DNA of 63,614 nt, filler included, from Welwitschia mirabilis (lineage: Eukaryota): NCBI GenBank assembly GCA_051453625.1. It is 4 parts of one record of this genome, joined end to end, with 100 filler letters (N's around TTAATTAATTAA, not from the genome) between each part and the next. Parts side by side here need not be neighbours in the genome. Positions count along the whole stretch, not along the records: positions 1 to 27,171 come from JBOZIK010000001.1; positions 27,272 to 45,147 come from JBOZIK010000001.1; 2 more parts are not named here. The stretch is one strand, 5' to 3'. Below the pieces are notes generated by a model, which ran no database searches, had not been told where the DNA came from, and saw nothing but the letters and a program-made list of their open reading frames with translations. How positions within the stretch are numbered: the stretch's first letter is position 1; the number at the start of each line of letters is the position of its first letter. This document shows, one piece after another, positions 15,349-28,690 of the stretch. A program made the translations under genes and the position numbers.

Positions 15349-16444
15349 TGTTGTAGTGTGTATTTATGCAACATTTACATCCTAAGTAGAATACTATTAA
15401 TCACAAATAATAACGTATAAACAAAACACACTAATATAGATGGGAGTTAATCCAAATATTATAATCTGTTGAAGGTCAAAGTAGAAAATTAAAGAGTTGC
15501 TTTCAAAAGAAAAATTCTTACATCCTAATCTATAAAAATCACTTGCAATGCATGAAAGAAAGGTAAAATACACTTATTTAAAGCTAATCTAAAAAAAGAA
15601 AATAATAATGTACTTAACTAAAATAACCAAGTACAACCTTAATAAAGGTTGCCTTCATAGCCCATATCATAAGAGAAAGTATCACTAGATATTAAGCATC
15701 ATAAGCTATAACGAAGAGAAATATTTACACATTGAAGCACAAAAAGGAAATATTTTTTATTAAAATTTAAAGTACATCCATGTTACAAGTAGTCTCACCT
15801 CAATAGAGGAAAAGTTATCCAATGTCAAGGAAACATCTCTTTGAAACTACAAGATGGATCTCTGACCCTTTGATTTTTTATCATGAGAATTTTAGGTATA
15901 AATAAAGACAAGTAGGAGTCGAGGGTGAGATTTCTATTTATTAACTAAAAACACATAAAAACAAAGATAGAAAGTCATGAGTAAACTATAATATCCATGC
16001 AAAGAGAAAATGAAAATACAAGTGTTGAATGTTTGGTGAATGTTTAGTATAGATGTTATAACAGTGTCATCCAGCTAGCCATTTAGATAAAAGAGGAGAT
16101 AATACTATCTTATAATTAATTCACATGAACTATCAATTAGAGTTCAATTAGCATTTAGTTAACATGGTCATCTATACAGTCACCTAGATGATGAGATGGA
16201 TAATGGGCCTTAATAATTATTCAATCATTTCATTAGTTTCAATAGTTATAGGAAGTTATCTTAAAAAATATAAAGTGTTCATATTTGTTCAGAATGCTTG
16301 TAAATTATCATGGAGATTACATATCTCCTTCCTTTTCATCTTAGCTCTCCATTATCATAAAAACCAAGCATTTATCTATTTATTTACTTGTAAAACAACT
16401 CAAAATACCTTATCAAATATGCATAAGTTAATAGCATCACATAA
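15349..16444 (-). repeat. 5' LTR of element #2
   Basis: Ends ...CTACAACA on the minus strand just before the PBS. Its start resembles the other Athila-like LTR starts. Confidence 0.8.
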
Positions 16445-16850
16445 AGTTTGGTAATAATTTTATTTCTCTATTTAATCAAGGCTGATATACAATCTTATCT
16501 AATATGGCAAACTATAGGACATGGTCTTTTGAGTATTCCAATGGATTGCCTATTGATGGCTTTTATAGCAATTATGTTTGGTGCAAAGATAAATAAATGT
16601 TAGTAAAAATGAAGATTTAGATCCCTGTCAGGTATAACAAAGAAAGTGCGATATAAGAAGAAGATATAATAAATGGTTATTTTATATTAGTGCCCAATTT
16701 TATTGAAAAATAGGAACCCAAATAAGTGGTTAAGTGCTATAACCATCAAAATGTATTAAGCATTTCTTTTACAGTTATGCTTGGTGTCTCTTGAATATGG
16801 TTATGTTCAATTACCATTTCCAATATTTCATGTTAAAAAGATTGTATTTA
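16445..16850 (-). pseudogene. Highly degraded chromovirus-type integrase fragment
   Basis: Scattered residual motifs in integrase order: WKW*..IT, ..LT....F.IK, IPDRD...HFY*HLF, NRQS. Requires frameshifts. Confidence 0.4.
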
Positions 16851-17669
16851 AATAATAATAATAATAAATATTTATATATAATTCTCAAAAAAAATACAAG
16901 AAAAAGTGAAGTTTGGTAGGCAAGCGTAAAGACAGAGTAAAACCATAGAGTAATCTCTAACATTACCCATTACTACTATTGCATACAATTCTGAAAGTTT
17001 AGAAGAAGATGTCTGGAATTACAAGGAGTATTTTGTTAATCACTACAACATAGGTGGTTTCCATTTCTGAAAATGTCTTACATTATTATCACTAAAGAAA
17101 AATGATTTTTTAATTCTTTTTTAAATCCAACATTTTAAGCCAAGTTTTTTTCCAACTAGTCCCCAACTCGATGACCAAACTCTTTTTTTAACATTGCAGA
17201 CTTTTTACTTTTGCCAACTATTTAATCATTTGTTTATGTGAATTGTATTTCCTTTTCTAAATTAACTTTTTATAGTTTTCATATTCTATTCAACATACCT
17301 GATAGCTTAAGTTGGTTTTGATTTTATAATAGCTTTTCTTAATTAATCTAAATTGTATAGGGTTAATCTCTATAACAGGTTGATGTGGTAATTGGATAGA
17401 AGTTTCATTTAGTTTAGAATTGCATTTCATTTGCATAAATGTTTACATTTTTATCTCTAAATTATTATTTATTTCTACTTTAAGGATAAAAAGTGTTTCA
17501 TTTTCAAAGTTAATTCTCTTTATTCTCATCTTCACCTTTAATGAGAATATGACATTTAAATTACTCCCATCTATATTATTGTGTTGTGTTATGCAAAATC
17601 TATATTTATTACGAATAATAAGATCTACTTAAGAATGTGACATTTACACAAATACATACTGCAAAATCT

Positions 17670-17687
17670 TGGTGCCATTGTTGGGGA
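17670..17687 (+). promoter_or_regulatory. PBS, tRNA-Asp type
   Basis: TGGTGCCATTGTTGGGGA is the CpG/CHG-decayed form of TGGCGCCGTTGCCGGGGA. Confidence 0.85.
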
Positions 17688-18087
17688 AGGATACTTGAAG
17701 TTTGAAAATTATTATTACTTTGATGACTATGTTAGATTTTAGTTTAATTATTTACCTATAGTAGCACTATGTTTTTACAATAGGAATGTATTTTTTTATT
17801 TTTGTAGTTTTTATCTACTTCATCTACTTCATCATCTAGGTGACATGGTGATGACGACTTCTGTGCCTTAAGTTTTTCATTTTTTTAGGAATTAGAATTC
17901 TTTCTATTATCCCATTTATCATATATATGACTTAGATAGGCAACAACCTGTTTTTAGTATCTATTATTTCATGATTCTATCTTTCTGCATTTTTTATTTT
18001 TGATTTATGTATTCTATTATCTAGGCATCTTGTCCAAAGGACAACAGAGACAATGTGTACTGAAATAAAAATTAAGCATGTTGGGAC

Positions 18088-21000
18088 ATGATAAACTATG
18101 GTAAGAAAGAAAAATATTAGAGAGAGCAACTATTCATTAAAGAAAACATCTAAGAAGATTTAATTAACTACGAACTTAACCCAAGTATGCATACCTCAAG
18201 TATCCAAAATATTTCAAAAATTTAGTAAGAAGAAATTTCTACATTTGTTGTTTTAAAGTCTAATTTTTCAAAAGAAAATTTTTTAAAAGATAATTTACAA
18301 GAATGTTTAAAAGAAAATCATTTTATGAAAATGTCAAATTTATTGCAAAAACAAAATTAGTTTACTTCATCAAATCCTCCTATTGTTGTTCAAACCACTA
18401 CTACTATGCCTAAAAATCCTAATGCTAATGTCATTTTTAGAGAACTTATAGCAAATAAGAAATGATAAATTCAAACCCCTTTTGATCTACCTCCTAGTAA
18501 TAATGTTAAATTAAGAAATTTAAATGCCTACTATATTTTTAATGTAGAAAATGATGAAGATCACATACAAAATATAATCCAATGTCAAATAATTTACACT
18601 TATCTTAGGGAATGTTAAAAAATAAATTAGTGATCATATATGGTTATTTTTCCCATCACTTTAAAAGGAAAATTTAAACCATGATTAAAAAATATTTTAC
18701 ATAAAAGTTTAAAAACATGGAATCAAGTTTAAAAAGAATTTATAAAGAGGTTTATGATTGAAACAACCATAAGAAAAAGATAGAAAGAAGTAACTAAATT
18801 CTAACAATAACTAATGAAGATTATGCCTCCACCTATGAGTGATTTTTTATTACCTTGTAATCTAATCCAATTGATGCTTTTTCTAAGGAAATATTAGTAG
18901 ATTACTTTTATATTGGACTTAATAGCCAAATAAAGCAACTTGTTGGTTTTTCATGTGAAGGAAATTTAATGAATTTCACATTATAAAATACATGGAAAGT
19001 GTTGGATTAGATATGGAATAAACCCTTACTTAAATAAATTCATATAATAGATCAAATTATAAAAGACATTAAAGAGGTTAAGCAAGAGAAAAAGAAAGTA
19101 AAAATAGAGAAAGAACCAAATAATGTAATTAAGAATTTCACTAAAATGTTAGAGAAGTACACACAAATGATCTTAGATGCTAAGGTAATAATAGAAAAGA
19201 GTGTGGTTTTGTTTCAACTTGTGATTGTTATGAAGATAACTACATCTGATAAAAGATTGTTCTTTACTACCAGTGTATAAAGAAAAGATTTATAAAGAGA
19301 TGTATGCATTTAATCATAGGTTTTCAAATTTAAAAAGCAAAATCAAAATCAAAATAAAAATCAAACCAAAATCAATACCAATTTCAATCTAGGATGAATG
19401 GACAATCAAATTTTTAATCTTTTGAGAATGAATTTAAGAACTTTCACAAAAATCATCCTAATTTTCAACCATTTAGAAACATATTAAAGAATGCAAACTT
19501 TAAATCAAACAACTCTAATTATAAGGTAAGCACATCAAGTTTAAAATATTAAGATGGTCCACTTAGAAATTCCATTTATGAATTAAGAAAATCTCAAGAT
19601 AAAACAAATTAAAATATTTCAAATCTTATTAATGTTCTATAATAAACTATGCTTGCTAATCAAAGACCATAAGGGTTACTTATAATATAACCTTTACCAA
19701 ACCATACTTAAGTTAAAAAATTATAAGGTTATGACAAGAAGTAAAAATGATACAATACCTCTTACCTAAGAGGCTTCAACATTGTAAAATAATAAAAATG
19801 ATGAGAAAAAAAGATATTGAAATTTTAGAAAATCATTCTTTTCCTTCTCCTTTAAATGATAAAAGAAAAATTATTCTTAAGAAAAAGGTAAAAAACCTAC
19901 TATTTCTTAGCTTGATAGATTAAATACTAATCCTACATTTAATGAACTATTAAAGCCTTAATGCAAAATGTAAGCATAAATTTACCATTTTGAAAATTTT
20001 CATAAGAAAATCCTAAATATCTGAAGTTATGTAAAGATTTGATTAGGACAAAACAAAAATGAACTATATTTAGTGAAGTATTTCTAGCCTAATCTATAAC
20101 CAATTTCATCTTACAAAAATTTCCAAAGTTTAAGGATTAGGGGTAGCAACTATTAGTGTTATCTTAGAAGGGAATAAAAAAAGCCTTAACTTATATAAGA
20201 GCAAGTCTTAATATTATGCCTTTACATAGTTATACACAACTTAGATTGAAAAGTAGAACTAAACCTATAAGAACTATTTTAGAATTAAAAAATACATTAG
20301 TAAAAAAATCTTTAATTATGATTAAAGGATTAGTGATTCAAATAGAAGAAGCATTCTATCTTATAGATATGGTTGTGATTGAAGTTAAACATGATGGAGA
20401 TTAACCATTACTTCTAAGTAGAGATTTTTGTATAATAGTTTATTATATTATTAATACTAGAACTAGAATGATGAAATGTTACTTGGATAATGATAAATTT
20501 ACTATTAAAGTATTTGATGCTACTAAAAAAGACTTAATTGATAAATTGAATATTAAGTAAGAGATTAGATCTAGTTTATTTTTACAACATCATCCACTTA
20601 AAGAAAGATGGTCAATGTTTCATGAGCCAACTTTGTTTGATGATCCACTTAAAGTAGGAATCTTGAAAGTATTTGATGATGATCAACTTAACTATGAGAA
20701 TTTAGGAACCTATTACTTTGATTAGAGTAGAAAAACATAAAATGTAAATTGTGCAAAAGTCCAAAACATGAATAAAACTAAGATATCTTATTTTGAGGGA
20801 GGTCATCCATTACTACTGTCCATATAACAATATGAGATGATAGCCAAATTTCATAAAAAATTTAATAGAAGATAAAAATATAAATTTAAATTTGAAATCA
20901 TTACCTAGTGGACTAAAATATACCTTCTTATGTAATGATCAAAACAAATCTTTAGTAATAAATAACAATATTTCCCCTCAATAAGAGTTAATTTTAATCA

Positions 21001-23723
21001 CACTTTTAAAATCTAAGGCTACTGTGTTTTCTTGGTTAAACAAAGATTTAATAGCCATTATTACCTCTATTATTTAACATAAAAACTATCTTAAGGAAAA
21101 TTAAAAAACTGTTAGACAACCCTAATGTAAACTAATCCAGTCCTTAAACAAGTTGTAAAAGATAAAGTGATCAAATTAGTAGATGCTGAAATTATTTATG
21201 CTATAGCTAATAGTTAATGGATTAGAACTTTGAAAGTAGTGCCTAAGAAAGATGGGAAATGAAGGATGTGTATTGATTTTAGAAAATTAAATAAATTAAT
21301 CAAGAAAAACCATTGTCCTTTATCTTTTTTTAATCAAATACTTAATAGAATATAAGGACATGTTTTTTATTATTTTCTTGATGAGTATAGTGGTTATAAT
21401 TAGGTTTTCATTTCTAGTAAGGATTAGGTTAAAACTATTTTTACTTCATTTTTTGGAACTTTTACTTTTAGATGCATGCCTTTTGGACTTTGCAATGCTC
21501 TTTGTTCTTTTTAACATGCAATGATGGGTATTTTTTTAATATGTTAGAGGATTCAATAGAACTTTTTATGTATAAATTATCAATCTCTGATAAAAGATTT
21601 GAATAAAGCTTAGAAAGGTTAGAGAAATTCATTAATAAATGTATTACTAGTGGCTTTCATTTAAGTTAGAAGAAAAGTTTCTTTTTNNNNNNNNNNGAAT
21701 TGTCTTAGGTTATCACATTTCTAATAGTTAGTATCATGAAAAACTTAACTCCTCCAATCCATGTACAATAAGTTTAATCCTTCCTTGGTCATTGTGTTTT
21801 TTTTATTATCATTTTATTCAAAGTTATGCAAAAATTCGTAAACCCCTTTACTTGTTACTTGAAAAAGAAGCTAAATTTGATTGGAATGAATTTTATCATC
21901 TTTCTTTTGATATGCTTAAAAATAAAATCTCTTTTGCTTCTATTATAATAGGAATCAATTAAAATAAACATTTTAAGTTAATGTGAGATGCTAGTAACAT
22001 TGTTGTGGATGGGGTACTTAGTTAAAAACATGAAAATAATTTAAAGTTATATTTGTTATAGTAAAACTTTATCTAAAGCTCAAATGAATTATACTACTAT
22101 AAAAAACGAAATGTTAGAAGTTATATTTTTCCTTGATATGCTTAGATATTATTTTAAGGCTTTTACACAAATGTTTCTACTAATTATGCAGTAATTAGAT
22201 ACCTCATGATGAAGAAATATTCTAGTGCTAGACTTATTGGATAGATCCTCCTCATGCAAGAATTTAATTTTACCATCATTGATAAAGTAGAAAAGCATAA
22301 TAATATTGCAAATAATTTGTTGCATCTTTATTTCTCCATTAATGATTCTATTCTAGATCAAAAACGTTTTGTCATCTCTTCTACTTATTCTTGTCCTTAA
22401 AATGATGATATTACTAATTACCTTATCACTATGAAAACACCACAACATTGGACTTATAATTAAAGAAAATCCTTTTTCTATAGAATAGGTGATTATAAAT
22501 GGAAAAAGCCACATATTTATTGTAGGCTAAAAGAGCAAATCATGCCAAAAAATGTTCCTGGATGGAAAAAATATGACGTCCTTTATTTTTGTTATGATGG
22601 TATTTGTAAAAGTTATTTTAGTAAATAGAAAATAACTATGAAAATCCTTCGCTCTAGTTTTTATTGACCTACTCTTTTTTTAGGATTCTTTTGATTTTAA
22701 TATATGGTATGATGCTTTTCAACATTATGATAGCCTTATTCATTCTCTAGAAATGCTTCCTAAACCTATTCTTAAATGTAAACCTTTTGACTATTGGAGA
22801 TTTATTTTATAGATTCTATTAAAAAACCTCCTAATATAAGAACTATATTTTAGTGTCTATAGATTATGTTATGAAATAGATTAAAGCTATTCCTACTTTT
22901 ATGAATGATGCTCAGATTGTTTGTACTTTTCTTAGAACTTATATTTTTCAATGTTTAGCTTTTCTTAGCATTATAATTAGTGATTAAAAACATATTTTAT
23001 TAATCAAAATTCTAGCAAACGTCTTTTATCCATTAGAATAGAACATAGAATAGCTTATGCATATCATCTATAAACAATGGGTAAAAGAAAAATGTAAATA
23101 GATAAATTTAAAAAAATGCTACAAAAACTTATCTCAATTAATATAAAATATTGGGCTCCTAAGATTAATGATGTTATGTGGGCTTACCGTACTAGTTGAC
23201 ATAATTCTCTTGGTTTTTCACCTTGTAAACTTGCATATGGAAAAGTTTATGTTTTGCTTATTGATGTGTGCTATAACTCTTATCATTTTTCTCATCAACC
23301 TAATCTTGTAGAATTTCATGAGAATCTCAAATATAGATTAATCTATCTTGATCACTTAGATGAAAAACATACTCATTCTATACATCTTCAATTAATTTAC
23401 AAAGCTCAAGCTAAGTTCAAACATGATAAAAAGTTACTTCATAAAATGTTTAAACTTAGTCAACTTATCTTTTCATATAATAATAGAGTACATCTTTTAT
23501 ATAATAAGTTGACTTTTAATGATTAGATTTTTATCTTATAGAGAAATTACATTGTAATGGCTCTATTAAGATTTCTGACTTAGAAACTAAGGAGCCTCAG
23601 AAATTTAATGGATAAATGTTGAAGATATATGAAAAATATTTTGATGCAATCTTAAACATGGTAGAAGCAATTGTTTTGGAGGTTACTCTTAATGAGTAGA
23701 ACTTCCACCCTATTATTACTTGA
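18088..23723 (+). pseudogene. Degenerate gag-pol of element #3
   Basis: Domain motifs in gypsy order with many stops. Terminal TGA at 23721-23723. Confidence 0.85.
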
Positions 23724-25799
23724 ACTCTCACTTAGCTTATTTCTTTGATGGATGTTATGATATCACTTAATCATCTTTTAAAATTAACTTATTTATCACT
23801 TTATATATTTTCCATGACTAGTATCTGTACTTAGGCATTTTATAATGATAAGATTAAATTCATACAATTTTAAAAAATTCCCATATCTATGGACTTAACT
23901 TTGAGTAAGATGCCTTAATTCTTTTGCTTTTTTTTTTAATATGAGGTCTTTGATTATTTAAGTATGTTCTTATCTATCTTTCATATCCCTTATTCAATTT
24001 CATCTTTTGTGTGATCATGTGGGAATTACTCAAAAAGCTTTAAAATAATAATAAAAAATAATGACCATGACCTATTGTATTTGTGCTAAAAATACATGGG
24101 CATTATGATGTTCTACCGAACTAGTATAAATGTTTTTGAAAGAAATCTTTAATAGTATTGATAGCTATAGGGATTACACTAAGGAATCAGTTAGCCATGC
24201 TTTATGAGTCCTTACTTCTCTAATTGAGGCTACACTCTCCTCATCATGGAAACTTGTGATAAACTTAAAGGTTATGAAATTAGTGATGTTCCTTATGTCA
24301 TCAGAGGCATTGCTTATTTTCTAGACTCTTATTATTCCCATATGATCACTTCACTTTTGAGGATTCATGTGTGTTTTAGGACATGAAAAGAGAATTCCAT
24401 TTTTGAGTAGCTTTTGATCTTATCATTCATCATTCTAAGCACTTAATCTTTTGTGTCATCATAATCACTACCTTTTTTAGTGGAACTTTATGGATTTAAT
24501 ACATTTTGTTATGCATGTTTATTAAAGTGGATTTATAATGTTTTCCATAGGGGTTTACTAAATTATAATTTAGGATAGTAAGCTATCTTCTTCATATTTC
24601 TTGTGTTCATTTTTATTCTTATTTTCTTAAGTTCTTTAGTTTGTTATTTCAAAGTTGTTTTTATATTGTCTCATCCTTACTTAAGACTTTATTATTTACT
24701 ATTTTTTAATGCAATAATAATATTTTATGCTTTACAGTTTTTATAAGACTCTTTGATATCTTTTGGATTTCTATGCATTTTGTCATTTATTTTTTAGTTT
24801 GGGCATATTTGTTCAGTTTTTTAATCAAAATTCAACCTACTTAGTATGTTTTCATTGCTTTCTTTTTCATTTATTTTAAGTTTTTTTCATAATCCTAATT
24901 TTTCACAACTCTTCATCATTTCCTCTTTTTCAAAACCTTTTGATATATTCTATTATCTTCACACTGATATTTGTGCCTAACTTGCTTAACTAGAATTTTT
25001 ATTTTTGACAATTTTTTCCAAGTCCCATTATCTATCTAATTGTCTAGATGATAAGGGAAGCAATACTAATATTTTTTCTAACAATTGTCCTAAGGCTATT
25101 ATCTGGACAATTTGATTAGATGATAGTGTGGTAAAACTATGATGTTATTTCTTTTTCCTCATTTTTATTCCATTCCCTATTATTTCTATTCATTCTCTTA
25201 AGAAACGATAGTGCCCCTGGTCCCTACCGATGTGCTGAAACTTGTTTCTATCAGATTCACTCCTCAAATTCTTATATTTTTGTAAATTTTCAAAAATGAG
25301 GTATGTTTTTTTATTCTTTTTCCAATTTTTCTCTTTCTTTTTTTATCCTTTTGACATGTAGTTTTCATGTATGTTAATTAGTATTTTTAATTCTTTGATT
25401 AGAAACCTACAGATCCAATCTTTACTACATATTTTAAAAGTTAGAATGAATTATGTGTTTTATGGAATAGAATTGGATTTTTAACTTTAAAACTCATTTT
25501 CTTACAAATTTATGTTAAAATGTAGTGGTTATTTAGGGTAAATTGATAAGTATGATGTGCTACATTTCTAGTATATTAGATTTTTTATTTGAGCACTTTC
25601 ATTTTTTTACCTTATATGGGCCCACCTAAAAAAATACTTTTTACACTATGTGTGTTTTACAATGTTCTTTACATGACTAGGAAATAAGAGATATATTGAC
25701 ACTTTTGAGAAGAAGAAGAAAGAGAGGACAAGATATATTTTCATAATTTTTATACATTTCTAACTAATATTTGAATCATTTTGAACATTCATGTGATAC

Positions 25800-27110
25800 A
25801 TTTTATCTATGATCATCAAATATCACATGACTTATTATGTATTTAAGATTTAGTAGGTGATGTACATATAGAGTTAGATAGGCTAAGGTTGAGGTTAAAG
25901 ATATTAAGTAGGAGGTAGACCCATTAATACCACTAATGGTAGAGAATGTAGAGCTAGTGCATCCTCCACTCCAACACATGAGGTTTATTACTATTCAGAC
26001 TACTGCTATACGTGTTAAAAGATATTTCAAGGATTTCATAAGCTGATCGAAGATAGAGGTAGATTAGCAGATTATAGATTTATAGCTCTATTATATTCTA
26101 GATGCATAAAGAGCATAGGATATATTAAAGACCAGGTATTTTTATGATACCATGCATATAGAGTATCATCCCTACATCCTTGGATAATTAGTAGATATAA
26201 CTGTAGTCATGATTTACGACCATGATATAGAAGTTCTTTCAAACCACATTACAATAGTAATATATCTTTGTGGTATTGGACATATTCACATATACTCTAC
26301 TAATGGAACAAAGAAGCATTATATGTATGATTTAGCATTAGAAATACCAACAGACTTGATTTTAGATAAGTAGATGTTTTAGTAACATAGTTGACTCCCA
26401 CTTATTAGATTTTACATAGAGGATTGATTCACAACATTAACTCATCTTTCCATAATAATCATGCTATGATGGCTCATCCATAGATCTTGGCAATTTTTAG
26501 ATAATATGAATAGATAGACGTATCCATGTTTATATGGAGGAAACTTAGGTCTGTGATAGAGGCATCTTAGTTACAAACTTTGGGATAGTCATGCCTTCTC
26601 TTAGTCATAATTAGATGCTTTGGGATATTAAAGCCCATGAGTAAGTAGTGACTAACACACATATAAACTTCACCTCATTACTTATAGAACATGGACCTAT
26701 AGGTATTAATAGAGGTAGAAAGACCTCAAGTTCAAAGACCTTGGTTGGTGCTTTACTAGAGCAGATTTAGGATCTTCTAACAAAAACAACAAAGACTATC
26801 AGAGGTTTTATTAACTGAGGCATTTCAACACTTAAGTAGAGGATCTATACAATTGATTAGAGGATTAAAATGTTTAAGGGAAGAGTTCAATACACTAAGG
26901 AGTAGCTTGTGGATGTGCAATAACATGTTGTATGAATTAAACATAGTGTAATGGTTGATCTCCCAAACAAAATGCATGTGCAGGAAGACAAGATAGTATG
27001 GACCATTATGACATCATTGGACATTATTTTCCTATTAGTCCTGAGTATCCTCCTTATTTTCTTCCTACACTTGAGCCTATCACACAGTCAGTGTTCATCT
27101 TGAGATGATG
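25800..27110 (+). pseudogene. Putative Athila ORF2/env-like remnant
   Basis: Coding-like composition downstream of pol. Reads MVENVELVHPPLQHMRFITIQ...KRYFKDFIS*...QIIDL with a Pro-rich tail. Position matches the Athila extra ORF. Confidence 0.45.
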
Positions 27111-27171
27111 AGGGGAGTGAATTTTGACTATATTTTTGTATTTTTTCCTATATATATTGTATCAAACTCAT

Positions 27172-27271
27172 NNNNNNNNNNNNNNNNNNNNNNNNNNNNN
27201 NNNNNNNNNNNNNNNTTAATTAATTAANNNNNNNNNNNNNNNNNNNNNNNNNNNNNNNNNNNNNNNNNNNN
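27172..27271. other. Artificial scaffold spacer
   Basis: 44 N + TTAATTAATTAA (27216-27227; stops in all six frames) + 44 N = 100 bp. Confidence 0.97.
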
Positions 27272-27340
27272 GGCCAAAGATATAAATACAAGGAGCACAA
27301 GGCTCAGCGAAAGCCTCCGGATTATCAAGATGGAGCTCAT
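27272..27340 (-). CDS. Possible 5' end of a secreted/membrane protein gene (signal-peptide-like), truncated by scaffold edge
   Basis: ATG at 27340 reads MSSILIIRRLSLSLVLLVFISLA, with a basic n-region and hydrophobic core, in a CpG-retaining segment. Only 23 codons are visible. Confidence 0.35.
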
Positions 27341-27433
27341 TCTGTTCAGACTTGATGTTGAAACTTCACTTTGCAGTCCGGCGAGGAGCGCTGGGGCTTT
27401 ATGAAGGAAGTAAACCCTTAAAGCGTCCCTAAA

Positions 27434-27679
27434 CTTACGCTGAAAATCTTGTCTGAAATAAAATTATGCTCTGGCATTAACCAGACTATCACCTAACGGA
27501 CATACTCAGCGATGCACGTGATATCGTATCTCGGCTAGCCGGTGGTGCTACTTATGCTGAAAATCTTGTCTGGATTAAAATTATGCTCTGGAATTANNNN
27601 NNNNNNTAACCGAACTATCTCCTCAGAAAGATACCCGGCCATGCACGTGATTTCGTATCTCCGCTTTCCGGTGTTGCTA
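27434..27679. repeat. Two-copy tandem repeat, ~117-bp unit, each with a G-box
   Basis: Units start CTTAYGCTGAAAATCTTGTCTG at 27434 and 27551. CACGTG at 27515 and 27644. Unit 2 contains 10 N. Confidence 0.9.
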
Positions 27680-28445
27680 CGACCGTCAACTCGTCTCTGC
27701 AAGTCCCCTGAAAAGCAACTCGCAGAGGCGTCACAGCGGCTTAAGAATAAAAAGAAATGAAGCTGCTCAACGACATCGTAGCAGAAAATGACGCTTCCAA
27801 GATACGCCTCCGCTGTCGAACCAAACCAATACGTGTGTCGTAGAATATCAGTCTTAGAGAATCGTGCTTCTGAGATTCGCCGTCAACTTGACTTAGAATA
27901 TATGGAATTTGTTGAAGAATCTTCCCATGTAGGAATGTTGAAATAGTCAATTACAAAAAAAAAATGAGTGACATCTACCAAACCTACATTTAAAAACTTT
28001 TTACTAAGCTTCCGTGGATTTTTGCCTTTTCCTATAAGCAGTTACCTCCTAAGGGAAACCCTCATAATTGACTTACGTATGACGGAATTGGAGGATAATT
28101 CATTGTGACTGAGGTTGAAAAGGGTTGCCCTATGGAAATTCCATTTCCCTGCCTTTCCTTCTTTGTTGATGTTAAGTGGGGGATTTGTTGAATTTGTTTT
28201 TTTTTTCCAGAAAGTTCACAATTTCTATGTTTAGTAGATGCAAAAAGAATTGAAAGATGTTGTAAAAATTAAGACATAAAAAATCAGAAGGGTTAATTTT
28301 CTTTCTCTTCATGTTTGTAGTTAAGTTGTGATTTTTCATGTCATTTTCTCTTAGGAGTAGGTATAGCCCATTTGTAAAAGTAATGTTTTACTTTTAATAG
28401 ATTTTACATATAACAAATACATAATTATATTAATTTTTGTATTGC

Positions 28446-28690
28446 AATTAATGTTTCTAAGTTTATAATAGTACTAACATCAAAGGATTCAAGCACATCC
28501 AAGTGAGTGCATCTAACTTTTCTTATGTATAAAGTGATTCGATATCTTATTATTATTTATTATATTAATCTATATATTATAATTAATGTTTCGAAAATTA
28601 TAATAGTAATAACATCAAAGGATTCAAGCATGCCTAATTAAGTGTATCTAACTTTTCTTATGTATAAAGTGATTTAATAACTTATCACCA
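28446..28690. repeat. Tandem duplication, 135-bp period
   Basis: AATTAATGTTTC...AACATCAAAGGATTCAAGCA...ATCTAACTTTTCTTATGTATAAAGTGATT starts at 28446 and 28581. Confidence 0.85.

Larger units (their letters stand above)
6296..16444 (-). mobile_element. Athila-like gypsy retrotransposon #2 (5' LTR, PBS, gag, PR, RT, RH, INT, 3' region), interrupted in its 3' region by element #1
   Basis: Minus-strand ORF fragments: gag (QDKAKLWLR...WSQVQEAFIKRF, 14179-14361), protease (ALIDIGASVNIM, 12679-12885), RH (MCDASNFTVGGVL, 10836-11036), INT (10278-10484, 9777-9971). Confidence 0.9.
17220..27171 (+). mobile_element. Athila-like gypsy retrotransposon #3 (partial 5' LTR, PBS, gag-pol, long 3' region), cut by scaffold end
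   Basis: LTR end at 17666 and PBS TGGTGCCATTGTTGGGGA at 17670-17687. Gag, PR, RT (VPKKDGK*RMCIDFRKLN ~21240), RH and INT are colinear with elements #1, #2 and #4. Confidence 0.9.

Noticed and set aside
17041..17110. CACTA-like termini (CACTACAAC at 17041, CACTAAAGAAAAATG at 17090)
   Set aside because: I found no partner TIR, subterminal repeats or transposase.
27216..27227. TTAATTAATTAA palindrome recurring three times
   Set aside because: It is always centred in exactly 44+44 N, so it is a synthetic six-frame stop linker.
28174..28200. PPT-like AAGTGGGGGA followed by TGTTG
   Set aside because: It could be an LTR start, but there is no upstream pol or second LTR to support it.
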